Shown here piece by piece: positions 8,662-15,494 of a stretch of 64,000 bases of DNA. The number at the start of each line of letters is the position of its first letter. Position 1 is the first letter of the stretch. Origin of the DNA: Candidatus Aminicenantes bacterium (GTDB lineage: Bacteria > Acidobacteriota > Aminicenantia > Aminicenantales > JAFGBC01); contig OY969696.1 of the NCBI GenBank assembly GCA_963702005.1, positions 3,616,001 through 3,680,000 on the forward strand. Reading direction: 5' to 3'. The notes below the pieces were generated by a model that searched no databases, was not told where the DNA came from, and worked only from the letters and a program-made list of their open reading frames with translations. A program made the translations under genes and the position numbers.

Positions 8662-10443
8662 CTATTCTCCTTTGCTGAAGATTAAATCGCGGGATTTCAT
8701 TTGCTCGAAATTCGGATTGATGTCCAGGTAGCGTTTATGAATGAAGCGCATCGCATCCGTCCGTTTGTCTTTGATAAACTTCCTGAGGATCTCTTCGGCT
8801 TTGGCCGTCTCGCCGATGCCGGCGAACATGGACGCGAACCAGACGGCGTTTTCATGAATGGGGTTACTGAGGGCCGAGTCCAGCCGCTCGATTTCCGCGA
8901 CGATCCGCCGGACGGCCGCGACATCATTCCGCCGAGCCGCGATCATTCCCATCAGAAGGAGGGCGTCGACCTCGTTGTCCTGGTTCGCGAAGCGGCGGAT
9001 GACGGCTTCGCTCCGGGCGAGCTCGCCTTGGTAGAAAAGGATTTCGGCGCGGCGAAATTCGACCAGAAGGGGGTCCGGGGTCCGCTGGATGATGTCGCAG
9101 ACCCTGAGAGCCTTGTCGAATTCCCTGCGGAGCATCAGCAACTCGGCATAATTGACGTTGAAGGGCGAACTCGGGTTGGACAGGAATCCCCTCTCCTTGT
9201 AAAGAAGAGCCCGGTCGAGATCCGCCTCGCGTCCCTCGCGGCCGAATTTGAGGAACCAGCAATAGCCCGCCATGGAATTCAGCGGGCCGTCGTTGGGAAA
9301 TTGGGCCAGTCCGCGCTGGGCAAGGGCGAAATAGGTTTTAACGCTATCGGTCCCTTGGATGAGGTCGCGGATGAGGAGGGCCTCGATCCGGAGCTTAAAA
9401 TATTCGGGCAGCTTGGGGTAGAGAGCTTCGGCCTGTCTGATCAATCCCTCCGCCTTATCCAGCCAGCGAAGGTCCATATCGATGCCGAGGTTGAGGAAGT
9501 TGACATAGCATTGGGCCAGACCGAGCAGAGCCGGCGCGAATCGCGGGTATTTGTTGACGACCCTGTTGAAAAGCCTCAGCGCCAGCTCATTGGACTCCTT
9601 GTTGTCGAGGCGGCTGTAGTAGGAAGCCTGGTGGTAGAGCGTCCAGGGATCCTGCCGCTCTCCGGAAATCCGGCTCAGGAGGAAATAGCCGGTCAGGTAG
9701 AGTTCGAGGGTGTCGGGCCCCGAGGGTTCGTCCGCGGCCGCGCTCCCGATTGAAGCGGAAATTTTCAAGGTCTCGAAAACCCGCCTGCAGACGTCGCTCA
9801 GGCAGGCGGTCAGCCCCTCGACCGGCTGGTCGTAGTCCTTTGTCCAAACGACTTTCTTGTTCTTCAGCCGCTGGAGGGAAACGGTCAGCCGCGAGCGGCC
9901 GTTCTCCCTCTTCAGAGCGCCTTCCAGCAGATAGTCCGGTAGATCGGTCGGCCCCAGGACGATCTGGGAGCGGGGATCTCCGGAGCTCTCCGACGGCAGA
10001 GGGGTGATCCGAATCAGCCCGGATGAGGAGAGCCTCCTCTGGATTTCCGCCCGAAATCCCTCCCCCAGAAAAAAATCCTGTTCGGAGGACCCGGGGTCGA
10101 CGGCGGCCAGGACCGCGATCGCCGGAGTGCGCGAAGTCGTCGAGAAAATCCGAGTTTTCATGAGAATAAGCACGGGCGTCAGGACGAGGAGGGCCGCGGC
10201 GGTCGGAAGCATGAATCGGCGGAATCCCGGCCTTTCCGCCTCCGTGAGAGACACGATCCGTTTCTTGGCGAGCCACTCGTCGAGCTCGGATCGATAGGCG
10301 AAAACCGGGGACCGGCGGGACTCAGCGTCGATCCTCCGGACGGGAAGTCCGCACTCCGCCTCCCACCTCGCGCACGTCTTCCGGTCGCACTTTAAATAAC
10401 GGGCGATTTCTTTCCAGGAACGCAGAATTCCGTCTTCCGGCAT
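8662..10443 (-). CDS. Membrane-anchored HTH / TolB-N-like / TPR protein (putative one-component regulator)
   Basis: N-terminal LRSWKEIARYL...RWE..GLPV..VFAYRSELDEW (excisionase/MerR-like HTH), one TM helix, a PAIAVL TolB-N-like domain, then TPR-like helices. Confidence 0.75.
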   Translation of the reverse strand: MPEDGILRSWKEIARYLKCDRKTCARWEAECGLPVRRIDAESRRSPVFAYRSELDEWLAKKRIVSLTEAERPGFRRFMLPTAAALLVLTPVLILMKTRIFSTTSRTPAIAVLAAVDPGSSEQDFFLGEGFRAEIQRRLSSSGLIRITPLPSESSGDPRSQIVLGPTDLPDYLLEGALKRENGRSRLTVSLQRLKNKKVVWTKDYDQPVEGLTACLSDVCRRVFETLKISASIGSAAADEPSGPDTLELYLTGYFLLSRISGERQDPWTLYHQASYYSRLDNKESNELALRLFNRVVNKYPRFAPALLGLAQCYVNFLNLGIDMDLRWLDKAEGLIRQAEALYPKLPEYFKLRIEALLIRDLIQGTDSVKTYFALAQRGLAQFPNDGPLNSMAGYCWFLKFGREGREADLDRALLYKERGFLSNPSSPFNVNYAELLMLRREFDKALRVCDIIQRTPDPLLVEFRRAEILFYQGELARSEAVIRRFANQDNEVDALLLMGMIAARRNDVAAVRRIVAEIERLDSALSNPIHENAVWFASMFAGIGETAKAEEILRKFIKDKRTDAMRFIHKRYLDINPNFEQMKSRDLIFSKGE

Positions 10444-10478
10444 GAGGCTCTACGTCGTTTAAGATAAACCTGAGTAAA

Positions 10479-10506
10479 ATTATATCCCTCTGGGAAGTGA
10501 AGTCAA
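10479..10506 (-). promoter_or_regulatory. Sigma70-type promoter of the HTH-TPR/peptide/rSAM operon
   Basis: TTGACT-16 nt-TATAAT on the minus strand, about 35 nt upstream of ATG 10443. Confidence 0.75.
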
Positions 10507-10555
10507 TATGGGAAGGATATCCCGGCCCTTGGGGATTGGGCCGTGTTCCGAAATG

Positions 10556-10614
10556 GAAAAATCGGGAGCGGGAAGGGAACTGTCGGCGTCGGCCGCAGCT
10601 CCCCTCCCCTTCCC
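10556..10614 (-). terminator. Probable intrinsic terminator after the dehydratase-family locus
   Basis: GGGGAGGGGAGCUG...CAGUUCCCUUCCC stem followed by GAUUUUUCCAUUU. Confidence 0.5.
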
Positions 10615-10699
10615 TGCTCTCCCCCAAAACTCCCCGTCCTCGGCGTCCTACGAGGGTGCCAACAACAGCGAGCCGTCTGCCGCGACGAGACTCGTCACG

Positions 10700-10789
10700 C
10701 TACAACTGAAAGATGAATCAGGACCCCTCGAGAATCAATACCTTGGCGGGCTTCTCCGCATTATTCCCCATTATTACCCATCCTCTCAT
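10700..10789 (-). CDS. Micro-ORF MRGWVIMGNNAEKPAKVLILEGS-UGA(Sec?)-FIFQL
   Basis: ATG 10 nt after the upstream stop. In-frame UGA at 10720-10718 is followed 26 nt later by a GU-loop hairpin. Motifs are shared with the micro-ORF at 13031. Confidence 0.4.
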
Positions 10790-10799
10790 TCGTCGAAAA

Positions 10800-12875
10800 T
10801 CAGGCCTCCCGGCCCTCGACGACGGACAGGAACGACTCGATCCTGAGCCGGATCTGCTGACTGTCCGAAGGGGAATAATCGGTCTCGATCATAAGATAGG
10901 GAAGGCCGCGTTTGTCCTCCACGTGGCGACGGACGGCCCGTGCCTCAACGCTGTAAGTATGGCAAGCGCTCCAGACGAGGTCGATGACACCCTGGGGATG
11001 GAACCGCTCGATGAGCTCGTCAAGGAGCTCGAACCGGCCCGTGTTAGGCGTCATGCATGAGCAGGGCAGATGAAAATATTTCCGGGCGATCGCTTCGAGC
11101 GGATCGCCCTCGAGGCTGATATCCTCGACCAGCGGCTTGAGGCCCGTGCAATTTTCCTGAGCGACCACGACCGCTCCGGCTTCCTCGACGATGTCGATGA
11201 CTTTTTCGGCGCCGTGGGGCATCGGAACTCCCGTCATCAGGATGCGCGTCTTGCGGGAGGGAACGGCCTTGGCCCGGGCCTGCTCGATGACCGCCCGATA
11301 GGCCGCCAGGTCCTGGGGGATCCCGGAAATGAGGTTCTTGGCGTCCAGAATCTCGCGCCCGCTGAGCCCTCGTCCCCCGAATTCGGCGATCGTCCTGCGC
11401 AGGCGCCGCTCCTTGTTCATGAGCCGGATCGCCCGGCGGAGGCCCGTCCGGGTGATCCTAGCCCCCGTCAGTCTCTCGAGACGCTTCTTGAGGAGCCTGA
11501 CCTCGGACAGCCAGTGGGCGAAGGCTTCTTCCTGATCGGGCTTTTGGGTCAGCTCGAGCACGTGCATCGGCTTTGTCCGGCCCATAAGCTCATACATCTT
11601 CTTCTTGCCGTCGCAGGTCGTTTCGGCCACGATGAGGTCGGCCATCTCAAAAATCGGGTTGGCTTCCTCGAGCATGAAGCCGTAGGAGGACTTGATGAGG
11701 GGGCAGAGGTTGACCGGGAGTTCCCGCTCTCCGGCCAGGGCCATCTCGTGGCTTCCGCCGCAGGCGCAGACGGGAACGGCTCCCGCCGCCAAGATAAGCT
11801 CGCGGGGCGTGTATTCGCAGAAAATGCAGACGATCTTCTTCCCGGACGCCTTTGCCTTCCGGGCGTGATCGATGGCGATCGTGACCATGCGGTCGAACCT
11901 CTTGAGGGCCGGCACGGAGTGGAGATGAGCGGCCGCGCCCGAGGAGCCGGATTCGACCGGCCGCGTTGAGGACGCGGGAGCGGCTTCGGACGTTCCGCAT
12001 CGTGCCGGCTCGCCGTCCCGTCCGGCCGAGGGTCCGATCGGACCACTTTCCAACTTAGCCTTAGGGAGACGGCCCGATGCCAGGACCGTCCTCTTTCCGA
12101 TTTTCCGGGCCGCAAGCAGGGCCGCGCCCAGAGCGCCCGTCAGTCTGGGATCCTTAGGAACCCATAAGCGTTCCCTGAGCTCCCGGCCCAAAGCGATGAC
12201 CATGGCCCTGTTCAAGGCCACCCCTCCGGTGAAAACGACGGGCGCTTCGAATCTTCTCCGCTCGGTCAACCCGGCCACCCTCCTGGCGATGGCCCGGTGA
12301 ACGCCGGCGGCGATCTCCGGCCTCCCCACCCTTTTAGCTAGAAGGCCGATGACCTCGCTCTCGGCGAATACGACGCAGGTCGAGCTGATCTCGAGTTCGC
12401 GGCGGGCCCCGGCGGCGAGCTCGGCCATCCCGTCGATGTCCGTCCTCAGGATGCCGGCCACGACTTCGAGGAAGCGGCCCGTGCCCGCCGCGCAGCGGTC
12501 GTTCATGGCAAAATCCTTGACCGAGCCTTCGGCGGACAGATAGATGGACTTGCTGTCCTGGCCGCCGATATCGATTACGGTCCGCGCCCGCGGAAACAGG
12601 GCCAGCGCGCCCACGGCATGACAGGTGATCTCGGTCACGACATCGCCGCCGAGCTCGGCCGTGTAGCGCCCGTAGCCGGTCAGGATGGTGGCGGCGACAT
12701 GAGAGGGCCGCAGCCCGGCCTCGTTCAGAACGGCCTTGAAGATCCGTTCGGCGTCGGAGCGATGATCGCCGGTCGCGTCTGCGACATGCGCGGCTACCAC
12801 GACGCGGCGGCCGGTGTCGAAGAGGATCGCTTTGACGGCCCGGCTTCCCAGGTCGATACCGGCGGTGATTTTCAT
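10800..12875 (-). CDS. Fusion of ATP-dependent activase (HgdC/BcrAD/YjiL-type) and double-cubane-cluster / 2-hydroxyacyl-CoA dehydratase-family protein (YjiM-type)
   Basis: N-half has GIDLGS, TGYGR, TEITCHA, DIGGQDSK, MNDRCAAGTGRFLE, STCVVFAESE and FTGGVA. After a low-complexity linker, the C-half has FCEYTP, NLCPLIKSSYG, ETTCDGKKKMYE, ENCTG, CSC, ACHTY and IETDYS. Confidence 0.9.
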   Translation of the reverse strand: MKITAGIDLGSRAVKAILFDTGRRVVVAAHVADATGDHRSDAERIFKAVLNEAGLRPSHVAATILTGYGRYTAELGGDVVTEITCHAVGALALFPRARTVIDIGGQDSKSIYLSAEGSVKDFAMNDRCAAGTGRFLEVVAGILRTDIDGMAELAAGARRELEISSTCVVFAESEVIGLLAKRVGRPEIAAGVHRAIARRVAGLTERRRFEAPVVFTGGVALNRAMVIALGRELRERLWVPKDPRLTGALGAALLAARKIGKRTVLASGRLPKAKLESGPIGPSAGRDGEPARCGTSEAAPASSTRPVESGSSGAAAHLHSVPALKRFDRMVTIAIDHARKAKASGKKIVCIFCEYTPRELILAAGAVPVCACGGSHEMALAGERELPVNLCPLIKSSYGFMLEEANPIFEMADLIVAETTCDGKKKMYELMGRTKPMHVLELTQKPDQEEAFAHWLSEVRLLKKRLERLTGARITRTGLRRAIRLMNKERRLRRTIAEFGGRGLSGREILDAKNLISGIPQDLAAYRAVIEQARAKAVPSRKTRILMTGVPMPHGAEKVIDIVEEAGAVVVAQENCTGLKPLVEDISLEGDPLEAIARKYFHLPCSCMTPNTGRFELLDELIERFHPQGVIDLVWSACHTYSVEARAVRRHVEDKRGLPYLMIETDYSPSDSQQIRLRIESFLSVVEGREA

Positions 12876-13075
12876 CCAACGCTCCTTTCAGTGGGAATCT
12901 GGCCGCTCCCCCTGAAAGGAGCCGGGCGGGGCTTTTCAGACGAGAGCGGAATTCGGGCTCTGACCGGGAAGGGATCGAACCGATCCCCTAAATCCCGCTC
13001 AGGACGAGTTGAGGATGAGCCATGGTCTCATCGTCCCGCTCTCCTTTCAAGAGATGCCCCGGAGTAGGCTCCGGA
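12876..13075 (-). promoter_or_regulatory. Structured 5' leader with uORF, SECIS-like hairpin and SD-sequestering stem
   Basis: Perfect 11-bp pairing of GCUCCUUUCAG (12922-12912) with CUGAAAGGAGC (12891-12881, main SD). Hairpin AGGGGAUCG-GUU-CGAUCCCUU (12989-12969). 5' hairpin CCGGAG-CCUA-CUCCGG. Confidence 0.65.
12936..13031 (-). CDS. Leader micro-ORF MRPWLILNSS-UGA(Sec?)-AGFRGSVRSLPGQSPNSALV
   Basis: Strong SD AAAGGAG 9 nt before ATG 13031. UGA at 13001-12999 is followed by a SECIS-like stem-loop. Next stop is at 12938-12936. Confidence 0.5.
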
Positions 13076-13096
13076 TCAGATCCGTCGGTGAGAGAA

Positions 13097-13125
13097 TAAA
13101 TACCATCGGGGGACTCTAAAGTCAA
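13097..13125 (-). promoter_or_regulatory. Putative sigma70 promoter for the leader/dehydratase transcript
   Basis: TTGACT-17 nt-TATTTA with an upstream TG. The -10 is imperfect. Confidence 0.45.
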
Positions 13126-13165
13126 GGCGGCAACCTAGCTACAGCGGCGAAGGCTCACGACGGAA

Positions 13166-13194
13166 TTGACTTCATACCTCCGTTTTAATATTCT
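13166..13194 (+). promoter_or_regulatory. Putative sigma70 promoter for serine hydrolase
   Basis: TTGACT-17 nt-TATTCT. Confidence 0.55.
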
Positions 13195-13237
13195 CGTTGA
13201 GAACGAACATGGAAGGACGGCTCGCATGGAGGGAGTC

Positions 13238-14161
13238 ATGAAGAAATTCGAAAGAACGGCTGTCGTCGGACTCATTATCGTCATTGGACTGGCGTCGACC
13301 TTGGCGGCGGCCGATAAGGCCGCGATCCTCGATCAGAAGTTCGAGGCGGGCTTGAAGGCCGTCGCCGACGGCTTGGACGGAGTCATGGGCTATGCCATCA
13401 AGGATATCAAAACGGGGAAAGCCTATCTTCTCAACGAGAAGGAGGTCTTCCCCCAGGCGAGCTCCATCAAGATCGCGATCCTGCTCGAGGTCTTCAAGCG
13501 GGCCGAGGAGGGAACGCTTAAGCTCGACGAGAGGATCGACCTCACCCCGGACAAGAAGGTCGCCGGGAGCGGCGTCCTCTACTATCTCGGCTTCCCGTCG
13601 CTCAGCCTTTCCATCAAGGACATCTGCGTCCTGATGATCGTCCTCTCCGACAACACGGCCACGAACCTCCTGATCGACCGGGTCGGGATGGAATCCGTCA
13701 ACAAGCGGATGGACGCGCTCGGCCTTCCCGCCACCCGGCTACGGCGCCGGATGATGGACCTCAAGGCCGCCGCGGAAGGCCGCGAGAACGTCTCGACGCC
13801 CCGGGAGATGATGACTTTACTCGAGAAAATCTGGAGCGGCGCCGTTCTTAAAGAACCCCTGCGGACGGGGATGCTCGATATCCTGTCTATCGAGAAGGAG
13901 AGCCCCCTGCGCGCCGGCGTCGCGGCCGTCGCAGAGGACATCGCCGTAGCCGAGAAGCCGGGCGAGCTCGAAGCCGTCCGTTGCGACTCCGGGATCGTCT
14001 TCCTCAAAGACCGGCCTTACATCATCTCGGTCATGACGACCTATCTCAAGCGGGACGGCGACGGCAACCCGGCCATCGCGGCCGTCTCGCGCCTGGCCTT
14101 CGAGCATTTCCTGAGGCTCAAGCGCTCGAGCGACCTGGGCCGGGTCGTTTCGATGAAGTAA
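13238..14161 (+). CDS. Secreted serine hydrolase, class A beta-lactamase-like fold
   Basis: GGAGG SD, signal peptide, SxxK (ASSIK), SDN and KPG motifs. Confidence 0.85.
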   Translation: MKKFERTAVVGLIIVIGLASTLAAADKAAILDQKFEAGLKAVADGLDGVMGYAIKDIKTGKAYLLNEKEVFPQASSIKIAILLEVFKRAEEGTLKLDERIDLTPDKKVAGSGVLYYLGFPSLSLSIKDICVLMIVLSDNTATNLLIDRVGMESVNKRMDALGLPATRLRRRMMDLKAAAEGRENVSTPREMMTLLEKIWSGAVLKEPLRTGMLDILSIEKESPLRAGVAAVAEDIAVAEKPGELEAVRCDSGIVFLKDRPYIISVMTTYLKRDGDGNPAIAAVSRLAFEHFLRLKRSSDLGRVVSMK

Positions 14162-14183
14162 GGGCTGGCGGCTCCGTCGCCGA

Positions 14184-15308
14184 TCAGAACGGCCCTTCGA
14201 CTCCCAGGCCGGGCCGGTCGTTGAGGAAGATGCGGCCCTTCTCGGTCCGGACGCCCTTGAAAGGATCGTTGCTGATAAGCACGTTCCCGTCGAGGTCCAG
14301 GTCGTCGAACAGGGGGGCGACGGCCGCCGCGGCCGATATCCCGATCGAGGTCTCGACCATGCAGCCCAGCATAATCTTGAGACCGAGGGCGCGGGCCATG
14401 GCCGCGATCCGGACCGCCTCCTGGATCCCGCCGCACTTCATGAGCTTGACGTTGATCCCGTGGAAGGCCCCGGCGATTCGGGGCAGGTCGGCCGTCATCA
14501 TCAGGCTCTCGTCGGCGAAGATCGGGATCGGACTCCGCTCCTTGATCCAGGCGATATCGTCGAGCTGGGCGGCCGGCATCGGCTGTTCCATGAGCTCGAC
14601 CCCGAGCCCGGACATCCAGCGGATCATCTCGAGCGCCTGCTCCTTGTTCTTCCAGCCCTCATTGGCGTCCACGCGGAGGGGTTTGTCGGTGACGGCCCGG
14701 ATCCCCTCGATGATCGCCCGGTCGTTGTCGGTCCCGACCTTGATCTTGTAGACCGAGAAATCGGCCGCTTCCTTGACCTTCGCCTGCATGACCGGGACCT
14801 CGTCGATCCCGATCGTGAAGGTCGTGACGAGGTCCTTGCCTTTGTCGAGCCCCAGAAAACGGTAGAGAGGCAGGCCGAGCTTCTTCCCGATCCAGTCGAG
14901 CATGGCCATGTCCAGGGCGGCCTTGGCGGCGTGCTCGCCCGGGGCGAGCGCGTCGATTTCATTCCAGAGGTCGTGGAACGTCCAGAGGTCTTTTTGAAGG
15001 ATGGGCTTGGCTTTCTCGATGAAGGCCAGCCCGCTCTCGGCGCTTTCGTTGTAGCGGGCGATCGGCGCCGATTCGCCCAGGCCGAAGACGCCGTCCTTTT
15101 CGAGCCGGACGAGGACGTTGCGGCGCGTGGTCCAGGTCCCCCGCGACAAGGTCCAAGCGTGTTTGAGTTGAACCTCATAGACCTTGGCGTCGATTCGGCA
15201 ACTCCCGACGACGCCCGCTGGAAAGGGAGCCGCGGCGCCCCGCCGGCCCGGCATCAGGGACCCGGCCATGGTCAGGCCGGCCAGCTCCAGGAATTCTTTT
15301 CGTTTCAT
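14184..15308 (-). CDS. L-Ala-D/L-Glu dipeptide epimerase (enolase superfamily) with Tat-like signal
   Basis: KIKVG, RVDANEGW, EQP, ADES, NVKLMKCGG, GCMVE and DLDG motifs. N-terminus MKRKEFL. Confidence 0.9.
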   Translation of the reverse strand: MKRKEFLELAGLTMAGSLMPGRRGAAAPFPAGVVGSCRIDAKVYEVQLKHAWTLSRGTWTTRRNVLVRLEKDGVFGLGESAPIARYNESAESGLAFIEKAKPILQKDLWTFHDLWNEIDALAPGEHAAKAALDMAMLDWIGKKLGLPLYRFLGLDKGKDLVTTFTIGIDEVPVMQAKVKEAADFSVYKIKVGTDNDRAIIEGIRAVTDKPLRVDANEGWKNKEQALEMIRWMSGLGVELMEQPMPAAQLDDIAWIKERSPIPIFADESLMMTADLPRIAGAFHGINVKLMKCGGIQEAVRIAAMARALGLKIMLGCMVETSIGISAAAAVAPLFDDLDLDGNVLISNDPFKGVRTEKGRIFLNDRPGLGVEGPF

Positions 15309-15464
15309 GATGACCTCCCCGAGAATCGTAATGACCGTCCGAGAAATAATGCCAGTTTATTATGTCGAAAATCCCGGCGTTTGTCATCCTGATGTTCGCA
15401 ATAGAAATCCCGGCAAAGAAAACGCCGGTTTTGAGGAGAGCCGGTGGGTGTCCGCGCGAAGGCA

Positions 15465-15473
15465 TGATATAAT
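15465..15473 (+). promoter_or_regulatory. Extended -10 promoter for the NlpC/P60 gene
   Basis: TGaTATAAT followed by GGAGG SD and ATG 15495. Confidence 0.55.
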
Positions 15474-15494
15474 AGCCGCCCGGAGGTAGCCATC

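Noticed and set aside
10322-10846. ORF-track entries of 70-112 aa in the 10.4-10.8 kb spacer
   Set aside because: They have no SD, low-complexity translations, and run across the promoter, terminator or adjacent genes.
12961-13000. GGTTCGATCCC (minus strand) looks like a tRNA T-loop
   Set aside because: The flanks do not form a 5-bp T-stem, acceptor stem or anticodon arm. It folds better as a simple hairpin.
12876-13031. 52-codon N-terminal extension of the activase with three Sec residues
   Set aside because: The main ATG has its own strong SD, the activase domain begins right at MKITAGIDLGS, and only the first UGA has a SECIS-like hairpin.
13238-14161. Functional class A beta-lactamase (resistance gene)
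   Set aside because: KTG is replaced by KPG, there is no evident deacylation Glu166 motif, and the context is peptidoglycan recycling.
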